From: Oscillospiraceae bacterium
GTDB lineage: Bacteria; Bacillota; Clostridia; Oscillospirales; Oscillospiraceae
Reading direction: 5' to 3'
Assembly: GCA_017412585.1 (NCBI GenBank)
Contig: JAFPXK010000085.1
Location: 24,953 to 88,952, forward strand
DNA: 64,000 nucleotides
This document shows, piece after piece, positions 44,621 to 53,152 of this stretch (within the stretch, counting starts at the first letter, position 1; every line of letters starts with the position of its first letter). A model generated the notes under the pieces. The model was not told the origin of the DNA. It made no database searches and worked only from the letters and a program-made list of their open reading frames with translations. Position numbers and translations under genes: made by a program.

Positions 44621-47275
44621 ATGAAACTGATGGTCCTTGACGGCAACAGCATCATCAACCGCGCCTATTACGGCATTCGCCCCCTGTCCACCAAGGAGGG
44701 CCTGCCCACCAACGCCATCTATGGCTTCATCACCACCCTGCAGCGATTGCTGGACGAGGAAAAGCCGGAGGCCCTCTGCGTCACTTTCGACCGCCGTGAG
44801 CCCACCTTCCGCCACAAGGCGGACGCGGCCTATAAGGCCACCCGCCACGGTATGCCGGAGGAGCTGGCCATGCAGATGCCGGTTTTGAAGCAGGTGCTTG
44901 CCGCCATGGACATCCCCACCTACGAGTTGGTAGGCTGGGAGGCCGACGACCTGATGGGCACCATCTCCCGCCGCTGCGAATCGGACGGCTGGGACTGCAT
45001 CCTTGTCACCGGCGACAAGGACAGTTTGCAGCTCATCACCGACCACACCATGGTGAAGCTGGTGACCACCAAAATGGGCCAGACCACCACTACCGATATG
45101 ACCCCCGCCGCCTTCCGGGAGAAGTACGGCTTCGACCCCATCCACATGATCGACCTGAAGGCCCTTATGGGGGACAGCAGCGACAATATCCCCGGCGTCC
45201 CCGGCTGCGGCGAAAAGACCGCCATGGCCCTGGTGCAGGAGTACGGCTCCATCGACGCCCTCTACGCCGCCATGCCGGACGTCCACGCCAAGCCCGCCAT
45301 GGTGAAAAAGCTGGCGGAGGGGGAGCAGAGCGCCCGCCACAGCTATTGGCTGGCCACCATCGTCACCGACGCCCCTCTGGACTTCCGTCCGGAGGATAAT
45401 CTCCGCCGCCCCTTCAAGCCGGAGCTGTACGATCTGTTCCTGCATCTGGAATTTGCCAAGCTGATTGAGAAATACGGCCTCACCCCGGCGGGGGATGCCG
45501 CCCCAGCTGCGCAGCAGCGGGAGGTCACCGTCACCGCCGAGGAGGTCACCGACCCTGCCCGGGCGGAAGAGCTGCTGCGTCAGTGGCGCAAAGCGGAATT
45601 TGTCACCGTCTACGCTACCCCGGACCTGTCCGCCATCGCCGTGGACTGCGACACCGGCGAGAACAGCGCCATTACTGCCAATCTGCTGCCCCTGTGCTAT
45701 ACGGGCGACTGGCAGGCCCTGCTGCGGGCCCTGTTCGCCGCCGATATCCATAAGGTGTCCCATCAGGTCAAGGAGCTGACCCGCGCCCTGCTGGCCCAGG
45801 GCGTGGACCCGGATGGCTTCGTGTTCGACACCGCCCTGGGCGGCTACCTGCTGGACGCCACTGCCGGGCAGTACGGCATTGACCGCCTCTTTATGGCCTA
45901 TTACCACGCCGAGGTGATGAAACCCCTGCATCTGGAGTCTGACGCCTTCTCGCCCCTGGGTGACCGCCACGAGGCCCTGGCCGCCCTGGACAGCTGGTGC
46001 GCTGCCGTTGCCGCCCTGCGGGAATATCAGCTTCCCCGCCTGACGGAGCAGGGGATGCTGCCTCTGCTGGGCGACATTGAGCTGCCCCTGTGCCGCGTCC
46101 TGGCGGACATGGAGCTGGCCGGCATGGCGGTGGACGCCAAGGCCCTGCGTGCCTTCGGCGACTGGCTGCAAGGGGAGATCGACACCCTGGAGCAACGGAT
46201 TTACGACGGGGCGGGGGAGAGGTTCAACATCAATTCCCCCAAGCAGCTGGGCGTCATCCTCTTTGAGCGGCTCCAGCTCCCCCACGGTAAAAAGACGAAA
46301 ACCGGCTGGTCCACCAATGCCGACGTGCTGGAAAAGCTGCGCTTCATCCACCCCGTGGTGGAGGACGTGCTGACCTACCGCCAGTATACCAAGCTGAAAT
46401 CCACCTACGCCGACGGCCTTTTGAAGGTCATCGACCCCGACGGCCGGGTGCGCACCAGCTTCCAGATGACCGTCACCGCCACCGGCCGCCTCAGCTCCAC
46501 CGAGCCCAACTTGCAGAACATCCCCACCCGCACGGAGCTGGGCAGCCAGATTCGCAAGCTGTTCCCGGCGGCGGAGGGCTGCGTGCTGGTGGACGCCGAC
46601 TATTCCCAGATCGAGCTGCGGATCCTGGCCCATATCGCAGGCGACGAGGCCATGATCCAGGCCTTCCGCTCCGGTGAGGACTTCCACACCGTCACCGCCG
46701 CCCGGGTGTTCCATGTGGACCCGTCGGAGGTGACGGCCGACATGCGCCGCAGCGCCAAGGCGGTGAATTTCGGCATCGTCTACGGCATCTCCGCCTTCTC
46801 CCTCAGCCAGGACATCGGCGTCACGGTGGCGGAGGCCAAGTCCTTCATGGAGCGGTATTTCGACACCTACCCCGCCGTGCGGCAATACATGACCGACGTG
46901 GTGGAAAAGGCCCGGGAAAAGGGCTTCGTGGAGACGCTCTGGCATCGGCGGCGGGATCTGCCGGAGCTGAAATCCTCCAATTTTAATCTCCGCGCCTTTG
47001 GCGAGCGGGTGGCGCTGAATATGCCCATCCAGGGCACGGCGGCGGACATCATCAAGCTGGCCATGGTGCGGGTGCATCGTGAATTGCGCGCCCAGGGCCT
47101 GGAGGCCCGGCTCATTATGCAGGTCCACGACGAGCTGATCGTGGAGTGTCCGGTGTCCGAGCAGGCCCGGGTCACAGCGCTGCTGCGCCGTGAGATGGAG
47201 CAGGTGGCGGCGCTGTCCGTACCCTTGAGCGCCGAGGCCCACGCGGGCAAAAACTGGTGGGAGGCCAAACAATGA
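44621..47275 (+). CDS. polA: DNA polymerase I
   Basis: 884 aa. 5'-nuclease N-terminus (LDGNSIINRAYY) and pol motifs A (DYSQIELR) and B (RRSAKAVNFGIVYG), plus QVHDE. Confidence 0.95.
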   Translation: MKLMVLDGNSIINRAYYGIRPLSTKEGLPTNAIYGFITTLQRLLDEEKPEALCVTFDRREPTFRHKADAAYKATRHGMPEELAMQMPVLKQVLAAMDIPTYELVGWEADDLMGTISRRCESDGWDCILVTGDKDSLQLITDHTMVKLVTTKMGQTTTTDMTPAAFREKYGFDPIHMIDLKALMGDSSDNIPGVPGCGEKTAMALVQEYGSIDALYAAMPDVHAKPAMVKKLAEGEQSARHSYWLATIVTDAPLDFRPEDNLRRPFKPELYDLFLHLEFAKLIEKYGLTPAGDAAPAAQQREVTVTAEEVTDPARAEELLRQWRKAEFVTVYATPDLSAIAVDCDTGENSAITANLLPLCYTGDWQALLRALFAADIHKVSHQVKELTRALLAQGVDPDGFVFDTALGGYLLDATAGQYGIDRLFMAYYHAEVMKPLHLESDAFSPLGDRHEALAALDSWCAAVAALREYQLPRLTEQGMLPLLGDIELPLCRVLADMELAGMAVDAKALRAFGDWLQGEIDTLEQRIYDGAGERFNINSPKQLGVILFERLQLPHGKKTKTGWSTNADVLEKLRFIHPVVEDVLTYRQYTKLKSTYADGLLKVIDPDGRVRTSFQMTVTATGRLSSTEPNLQNIPTRTELGSQIRKLFPAAEGCVLVDADYSQIELRILAHIAGDEAMIQAFRSGEDFHTVTAARVFHVDPSEVTADMRRSAKAVNFGIVYGISAFSLSQDIGVTVAEAKSFMERYFDTYPAVRQYMTDVVEKAREKGFVETLWHRRRDLPELKSSNFNLRAFGERVALNMPIQGTAADIIKLAMVRVHRELRAQGLEARLIMQVHDELIVECPVSEQARVTALLRREMEQVAALSVPLSAEAHAGKNWWEAKQ

Positions 47276-47754
47276 CTGACAATAAAATGAAAGTACGCAT
47301 CGTCCCCATGACGGCGGACCATCTGGATGACGTGGCCCGCCTGGAGCAGATCTGCTTCTCCCGCCCCTGGTCCCGCCGTATGCTGGCCGAGGAGCTGGAG
47401 AACCAGTGCGCCGCCTTTCTGGTGGCGCTGGAGCCGGAGACGGACAAGGTCATCGGCTACGCGGGCCTTTTGGTGATGGCCGACGAGGGGTATATCACCA
47501 ACGTGGCCGTGTTCCCGGAGTACCGCCGCCGGGGCGTGGCGGAGCAGATCATCCAGGTGTTCTGCGACTTTGCCCAGGGCAACCATCTGGCGTTCCTGAC
47601 GCTGGAGGTGCGGCCCAGCAATGCCCCCGCCATCTCCCTGTACAACAGCTTCGGGTTTGAGGAGGTAGGCCGCCGGAAGAACTATTACGACCTGCCCCGG
47701 GAGGATGCCCTCATTCTCACCCGGTATTTCCTCTACGAGGAGGACATGAAATGA
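47272..47754 (+). CDS. rimI: ribosomal-protein-alanine N-acetyltransferase
   Basis: Trimmed to ATG 47272 (ATGA overlap with the polA stop). GNAT motif A RRRGVAEQ. Precedes tsaD. Confidence 0.8.
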   Translation: MTDNKMKVRIVPMTADHLDDVARLEQICFSRPWSRRMLAEELENQCAAFLVALEPETDKVIGYAGLLVMADEGYITNVAVFPEYRRRGVAEQIIQVFCDFAQGNHLAFLTLEVRPSNAPAISLYNSFGFEEVGRRKNYYDLPREDALILTRYFLYEEDMK

Positions 47755-48758
47755 ATATCCTTGCCTTTGAATCCTCCTGCGACGAGACCGCCGTGGCCGT
47801 AGTGCGCAACGGACGGGAAGTGCTGTCCGACGCCATATTGTCCCAGGCGGATATGCACGCTCTCTACGGCGGCGTGGTGCCGGAAATCGCCTCCCGCAAG
47901 CACGTGGAGGCCATCGCCGCTCTGACGGACAGCGCCCTTGCCCAGGCGGGCATCACCCGCCGGGAGGTGGACGCCGTGGCGGTGACCTACGCCCCCGGCC
48001 TTATCGGCGCCGTGCTGGTGGGTGTCAGCTTCGCCAAGTCGGTGGCCTACGCCCTGGGCGTGCCGCTGATTCCCGTCCACCACGTCCGGGGCCACATCGC
48101 CGCCAACTACCTGGCCTTCCCCGACCTGGAGCCCCCCTTCCTGGCCCTGGCCATCTCCGGCGGCAACACGCTGATCGTGGACGTGGCGGACTATACCCGC
48201 ATGACCATCCTGGGCGCCACCCGGGACGACGCGGCAGGGGAGTGCTTCGACAAGGCTGCCCGGGTCCTGGGCTTGCCCTATCCCGGCGGCAAGCCCATGG
48301 ACGAGCTGGCCCGGCAGTCGGAGGGCGGCAAATACGTGCTGCCGTCTGCTCATGTGGAGGGCGCGCCCCTGGACATGAGCTTCTCGGGGCTTAAAACCGC
48401 CGTGGTCAACCTGGCCCACAACGCCGGGCAGAAGGGGGAGCCCCTGGACGCCGCGGCCCTGGCCCACGACTTCACCCGGGCCGTCAGCGACGAGCTGGTG
48501 CCCCGGGCCATGGAAGCCCTTGCCCAGACCGGCCGCACAAAGCTGGTGGCCGCCGGCGGCGTGGCGGCAAACTCCATCATCCGCGCCGATTTGGAGCGGG
48601 AGTGCCAAAAGCGGGGCGTCAAGCTGTATCTGCCGCCTCTGCGCTGGTGCGGCGACAACGGCGCCATGATCGGCGCCCAGGGCTACTACGAGTATTGCGC
48701 CGGGGCGGCGGCGGGCCTTGACCTCAACGCCTGGGCCACCATGGACATCGACCGATAG
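47751..48758 (+). CDS. tsaD: tRNA N6-adenosine threonylcarbamoyltransferase
   Basis: ILAFESSCDETAVAVV, HHVRGH, GVAAN motifs. 335 aa. Confidence 0.95.
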   Translation: MNILAFESSCDETAVAVVRNGREVLSDAILSQADMHALYGGVVPEIASRKHVEAIAALTDSALAQAGITRREVDAVAVTYAPGLIGAVLVGVSFAKSVAYALGVPLIPVHHVRGHIAANYLAFPDLEPPFLALAISGGNTLIVDVADYTRMTILGATRDDAAGECFDKAARVLGLPYPGGKPMDELARQSEGGKYVLPSAHVEGAPLDMSFSGLKTAVVNLAHNAGQKGEPLDAAALAHDFTRAVSDELVPRAMEALAQTGRTKLVAAGGVAANSIIRADLERECQKRGVKLYLPPLRWCGDNGAMIGAQGYYEYCAGAAAGLDLNAWATMDIDR

Positions 48759-48766
48759 CAACAAAC

Positions 48767-48799
48767 GTTAACCCGCAGCCGGAAGCGCTGCGGGTTAAC
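48767..48799 (+). terminator. Rho-independent terminator
   Basis: 12-bp stem gttaacccgcag / ctgcgggttaac followed by ATTTTG. Confidence 0.65.
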
Positions 48800-48986
48800 A
48801 TTTTGCGTCCCGCCTTACGTTTTGCAGGATGACTTGCAAATGAAGGACAAAAACCGCCATAAGCCGAATCTTCAGTAGATTATGTAAACAAAATCGACAC
48901 TTTGAATCAGATGCAATCTCAATTTGCGGGTTTGCGATTTTTTGTCAAACTGTAAAAAAGCGGCTTAATAAAGGGATTTACACCCC

Positions 48987-49016
48987 TGTGGAAAACTCTG
49001 TGGAAATTGTGGATAA
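48987..49016 (+). promoter_or_regulatory. three tandem DnaA-box-like 9-mers
   Basis: TGTGGAAAA (48987), TGTGGAAAT (48999) and TGTGGATAA (49008, a perfect complement of TTATCCACA), all in one orientation inside an AT-rich spacer. Confidence 0.55.
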
Positions 49017-49252
49017 CTTTTTGTAGAGATTATTGGATAAAGAATTATGTCAAATATCCGTAAAGGAGAAATGCTGTCGCCTTATGGCAGATATAATCCC
49101 CTAATATCCCTGATTTGTCGAATTTTGGGTTATCCTGCCGCCCTGTCCCGAAAAGGGATTTCTCTTGCATTTTCGCATTTTATGCATGTATGCATCGCAA
49201 TTTACCGGACTGATTACGTTATGTATATCCCGACAGGAAACAAAATGAACTG

Positions 49253-49281
49253 TTGACGCGGCGCAGGATTTATGGTATAGT
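49253..49281 (+). promoter_or_regulatory. putative sigma-A promoter of tRNA-Thr
   Basis: TTGACG-17 nt-TATAGT, 19 nt upstream of the tRNA. Confidence 0.6.
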
Positions 49282-49299
49282 ATTCAGCGTCGTGAAAAT

Positions 49300-49375
49300 G
49301 CTTGTGTGGCTCAGTTGGTAGAGCAGCTCACTCGTAATGAGCAGGTCGCCGGTTCGAGTCCGGCCACAAGCTCCA
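49300..49375 (+). tRNA. tRNA-Thr (anticodon CGU), CCA encoded
   Basis: Cloverleaf folded by hand. Acceptor GCTTGTG/CACAAGC, D arm GCTC/GAGC, anticodon arm GCTCA-CTCGTAA-TGAGC, T arm GCCGG-TTCGAGT-CCGGC. Confidence 0.9.
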
Positions 49376-49522
49376 ATAGGAAAGGCCGCCCCAAAGGGGT
49401 GGCCTTTTCTATTGGAGCTTGTGGATGGACGAGAAGTTTATCCCCCCTTGTGGGGGAAGTCCGGCCACAAGCTCCATAAAAAAAGCACTGCTTACGCAGT
49501 GCTTTTTTTATGGAGCTTGTGG
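49364..49522. repeat. two long palindromes built on alternating copies of the tRNA 3'-end 12-mer CCACAAGCTCCA
   Basis: 12-mer at 49364 (+), 49413 (inverted), 49465 (+) and 49511 (inverted). The 19-nt tRNA 3' end AGTCCGGCCACAAGCTCCA recurs at 49458-49476. Terminator-like cores sit inside each palindrome. Confidence 0.85.
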
Positions 49523-49573
49523 CTTCACCATGATACCTATAACGCCGCCCCTGCCAATATCACCAAATTTCCG

Positions 49574-49602
49574 TTGCAATTTCCGCTAAACAGTAGTAAA
49601 AT
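49574..49602 (+). promoter_or_regulatory. putative sigma-A promoter of GH31-GPH operon
   Basis: TTGCAA-17 nt-TAAAAT. Confidence 0.45.
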
Positions 49603-49660
49603 TGCTGATGTGATAGAAGCGGACGGCTATGCCCTCCGCAAAAAAGGAGGGGTTAGCACC

Positions 49661-51640
49661 ATGGTTACCATCCATGCCGAGGGGCAGGAGTGGCGTCTGA
49701 GCCTGGACGGCGAGGCCGTCATCGTCCACACGCCGCGGCAGCCCTTCGCGGTGATGATTCACCGGGAGAAGCGCTACGAGGCCCAGCGTGGCACCGTCAA
49801 GACCACCGTGGTGGAGACGGAGCGGGTGGCCCTCTCGGACTATACCGCCGACGATGCCGGCGTCACCTTCCGGGGCGGCGGTCACGCCCTCCGCGTTGAC
49901 GTTGCCGATTGCGAGGGGGGCGCGGAGCTGCGCTTCACCGGGGAGGAGGGCTGGTCGTACCAGTTCACCCTCCGGGGCTATCCCGGCGAGGCGGTGTTTG
50001 GCGGCGGCGAGCAGTACCGCCAGACCAACCTCCGGGGCGAGCAGGTGGTGAACTTCGTCTCCGAGCACATCAAGGCCACCACCATTCTGGAAAAGGCCCT
50101 GCTGCCCCGGGGCCGCTACAAGGAGAAGCCCCACAGCAGCATCGGCAGCTATTCCCCCATGCCGGTGTTTACCACCGACCGCCGCCGTCTCTTCCTCTTC
50201 GACACCGATTGGGACGGCATCTCCGACTTCCGCACCGACGATTATACCTTCATCTTCGACCGCTGCCCCCGGGGCGCCGCGCTGCTCCGTGGCGAGAGCT
50301 ACGCCGACCTTGCCGGTATGCTCGCCCGCCGCATTCCCAACCGCCAGTATATCCCCGACTGGTGCCACGACGGCATGATCCTGGGCATCCAGGGCGGCAC
50401 CCGGGCCATTCTGGACAAGACCTTTGCCATGCTGGACGCCGGGGCCAAAATCTGCGGCGTGTGGAGCCAGGACTGGTCCGGCGAGAACCGCACCGTCATG
50501 GGCAAGCAGGTGTGGTGGAACTGGGAGGTGGACGAAAAGCTCTACCCCGACTTAAAGGGCGCTATCGCCAGGCTGAACGCCCGGGGCGTCCGCTTCCTGG
50601 CCTACATCAACCCCTATCTGGTAAAGGACAGCCGCCTCTACCGCTACTGCCGCCACAAGGGCTATCTCATCACCCGCACCGACGGCACCGTTTACCACAT
50701 CAAGTCCACCACCTTCGACGCCGGTATGCTGGACCTCACCAATCCCGAGGCGGTACATTACATAAAGGAAACGCTGATCAAGCGGAATATGCTGGATTTG
50801 GGTATCTCCGGCTGGATGGCGGACTTCGGCGAGTATTTGCCTGTGGACTGCGTCCTCCACGACGGCGACCCCGCCGTGCTCCATAACCGCTGGCCGGTGC
50901 TGTGGGCCAAGGTAAACCGGGAGGCCATTGAGGAATACGGCGCCAAGGACGTGATGTTCTTCACCCGCAGCGGGTATCTGGGCATCCAGACCTACGCCCC
51001 CATCATGTGGAACGGCGACCAGCATACCGACTATACCCGTGACTACGGCATGCCCTGCGTCATGCCCGCCAGCTTCTCCCTGGGCTTTTCCGGCGCGCCT
51101 ATGGTGCACAGCGACGTAGGCGGCTTCTTCTCCTTCGGCAAGCTGAAGCGGGACGATGAGCTGATGATCCGTTGGACGGAGATGAACACCTTTTCGCTGC
51201 TGATGCGCAGCCACGAGTCCATCCGCCCCTGGGCCAACAGCCAGTTCGACGCCCCCGGCGTCAAGGCTCACACCGTGGCCCTGACCCGCATCCACGCCGC
51301 CCTGAAGCCCTATATCGCCCACTGCGCCGCCCAGGCCGGGGAGGGCCTTCCCGCCATGCGGCCCGACTTCTGGTTCGCCGGCGATTACCGGGCCTCCCAT
51401 GACCCCTATTCCTATTTCCTGGGGGATGACCTCTACGTCTGCCCGGTGATTCGCCGGGGCGAGCACCGCCGCCAGGTCCATCTGCCGGAAGGGGAGTGGG
51501 TACATTTCTGGTCCGGCACGGAATATCCCGGCGGCACCGAGCACATGATTGCCGCCCCTCTGGGCAAGATCCCCGTTTTCTACCGCAAGAGCAGTCCCTT
51601 CGCACCGCTGTTCCGCGAGGCAGCGGGAATACATAAGTAA
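49661..51640 (+). CDS. GH31 glycosidase of the YihQ-like clade
   Basis: Trimmed to ATG 49661 (RBS AAGGAGG); the track ORF runs through the tRNA. GWMADFGEYLP (nucleophile D388) and MWNGDQ (D453). Collinear with E. coli YihQ as recalled. Confidence 0.85.
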   Translation: MVTIHAEGQEWRLSLDGEAVIVHTPRQPFAVMIHREKRYEAQRGTVKTTVVETERVALSDYTADDAGVTFRGGGHALRVDVADCEGGAELRFTGEEGWSYQFTLRGYPGEAVFGGGEQYRQTNLRGEQVVNFVSEHIKATTILEKALLPRGRYKEKPHSSIGSYSPMPVFTTDRRRLFLFDTDWDGISDFRTDDYTFIFDRCPRGAALLRGESYADLAGMLARRIPNRQYIPDWCHDGMILGIQGGTRAILDKTFAMLDAGAKICGVWSQDWSGENRTVMGKQVWWNWEVDEKLYPDLKGAIARLNARGVRFLAYINPYLVKDSRLYRYCRHKGYLITRTDGTVYHIKSTTFDAGMLDLTNPEAVHYIKETLIKRNMLDLGISGWMADFGEYLPVDCVLHDGDPAVLHNRWPVLWAKVNREAIEEYGAKDVMFFTRSGYLGIQTYAPIMWNGDQHTDYTRDYGMPCVMPASFSLGFSGAPMVHSDVGGFFSFGKLKRDDELMIRWTEMNTFSLLMRSHESIRPWANSQFDAPGVKAHTVALTRIHAALKPYIAHCAAQAGEGLPAMRPDFWFAGDYRASHDPYSYFLGDDLYVCPVIRRGEHRRQVHLPEGEWVHFWSGTEYPGGTEHMIAAPLGKIPVFYRKSSPFAPLFREAAGIHK

Positions 51641-51653
51641 GAGAGGTATCGAG

Positions 51654-53072
51654 ATGGAGAATTCCTACATTTCCCGCACCAGCGGCATCAAGGCCAGAGA
51701 TAAAATCGGCTACGCCATGGGCGACTTGGCCTCCTGCCTTGTGTTCGGCCTGACTCAGAGCGTGCTGAACAAGTACTATACCGACGTGCTGGAGCTGAGC
51801 GTCCTCAGCGTCATGGTCATGACCATCATCGCCCGCATCTGGGACGCCATCAACGATCCCCTGTGGGGCCGCATCATCGACGGCGCCCGGGTCCGTCCCG
51901 ACGGCCGCTACCGCCACTGGCTGAAGGTGTTCGCCGTGCCGGTGGCCCTGTCTGCCATCTTGATGTTCGTCAAGATTCCCGGCCTCAGCGGCAGCGGCTA
52001 CCTGGCCTACGCCTACGTGACCTATATCCTCTTTGGTATGCTCTATACCTGCATCAATATCCCCTACGGCTCCATGGCCCAGGTCATCACCTCCGACGAT
52101 AAGGAGCGTTCGTCCCTGTCGGTGTTCCGCTCCATCGGCTCCACCTTCGGCGCCATGCCCGCCATGGTGCTGGCCTCCGTGTGCTACGTTACCCTGGCCG
52201 ACGGCACCAAGCGGATGGATGACCGCCGGGTCCTCATCGGCGTGTGCGCCATTGCCGTGCTCAGCGTGGCCGCCTATTTCCTCAGCTACGCCTGGAGCCG
52301 TGAGCGTGTGGCTTCCCGGCCCACTCCCCGGCAGAAAGGCCAGACCATGCAGGTGGTTCGCACGCTGCTCAAGAGCCGCCCCTTCATGGCGGTGAGCCTG
52401 GCCAGTATGCTGTTCCTGGCGGCCCAGATGTTCGGCCAGGGCTACAACAGCTACCTGTTCCACCACTACTTCAACGCCCCCGGTCTCACCATGCTGCCCA
52501 CCGTGTTCCAGTACCTGCCGGTGGCGGTCATCATGTTCTTCGCCACCCGTCTGGGCAACAGGTTCGGCCGCCGGGAGGTCTGCTCCTACGGCGTGCTGCT
52601 GGCCGCCGTGTTCTACCTGGTGCTGTTTGTGCTGGCCCTGTTCGGCTTCACCAACGTGTGGCTGTACCTGCTGGCCTGCCTCATGAGCGGCATCGGCACC
52701 GCCTTCATCTTCCTGCTGGTGTGGGTGCTGGCCACCGACGCCATCGACTACAATAAGGTCACCTACGGCCTCAACGACGAGGCCACCAGCTACGCCTTTT
52801 ACAGCTTCATGCGCAAGCTGGGCCAGACCGTGGCCACCATCCTCATCAACGTGCCCCTGCTGCGCATCGGTTACAGCGGCAGCGAGCTGAAAACCGAGGG
52901 CCTCAGCGCCGCCGCCCTCAAGACCATGTACAACTTCTCCGTCATGATCCCCGCGGTGCTGTTCCTGCTGGTGTTCATCATCCTCCGCTTCGTCTATCCC
53001 CTCAGCAAGGCCCGTGTGGCCCAGCTCCAGGTGGAAAAGGAGAAGATGATGGAATCCCAGAGCGGCCAATAA
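51654..53072 (+). CDS. GPH-family (glycoside-pentoside-hexuronide) cation symporter
   Basis: Trimmed to ATG 51654. KIGYAMGDLASCLVF and RIWDAINDPLWGRIID motifs. 12 TM. Confidence 0.85.
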   Translation: MENSYISRTSGIKARDKIGYAMGDLASCLVFGLTQSVLNKYYTDVLELSVLSVMVMTIIARIWDAINDPLWGRIIDGARVRPDGRYRHWLKVFAVPVALSAILMFVKIPGLSGSGYLAYAYVTYILFGMLYTCINIPYGSMAQVITSDDKERSSLSVFRSIGSTFGAMPAMVLASVCYVTLADGTKRMDDRRVLIGVCAIAVLSVAAYFLSYAWSRERVASRPTPRQKGQTMQVVRTLLKSRPFMAVSLASMLFLAAQMFGQGYNSYLFHHYFNAPGLTMLPTVFQYLPVAVIMFFATRLGNRFGRREVCSYGVLLAAVFYLVLFVLALFGFTNVWLYLLACLMSGIGTAFIFLLVWVLATDAIDYNKVTYGLNDEATSYAFYSFMRKLGQTVATILINVPLLRIGYSGSELKTEGLSAAALKTMYNFSVMIPAVLFLLVFIILRFVYPLSKARVAQLQVEKEKMMESQSGQ

Positions 53073-53105
53073 TCGCCTTTGAAAAAGTAACCCATTTGAA
53101 AAAAG

Positions 53106-53131
53106 GAGCCGCGGCCCTCGGGCCGCGGCTC
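53106..53131. terminator. bidirectional hairpin terminator
   Basis: 12-bp GC stem gagccgcggccc / gggccgcggctc between convergent genes. Confidence 0.65.
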
Positions 53132-53152
53132 TTTCCTGCATTAAACTATGAA

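Noticed and set aside
44570-47272. 900-aa minus-strand ORF
   Set aside because: It is antisense to polA, whose motifs are unambiguous. The sequence is Gly/His/Gln/Leu-rich and meaningless.
49047-49256. 69-aa ORF in the AT-rich spacer
   Set aside because: It has no convincing RBS and odd composition, and it overlaps the tRNA promoter. Coding status cannot be supported.
48800-49300. Chromosomal origin (oriC)
   Set aside because: DnaA boxes and AT-richness are present. However, no dnaA, dnaN or rpmH is nearby, only three good boxes occur, and GC skew cannot be computed here. It is kept only as a DnaA-box-cluster finding.
49337-49660. N-terminal 108 codons of the 767-aa track ORF
   Set aside because: This frame runs through the tRNA-Thr 3' half and the palindromes. 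A strong RBS plus ATG at 49661 gives a YihQ-length protein.
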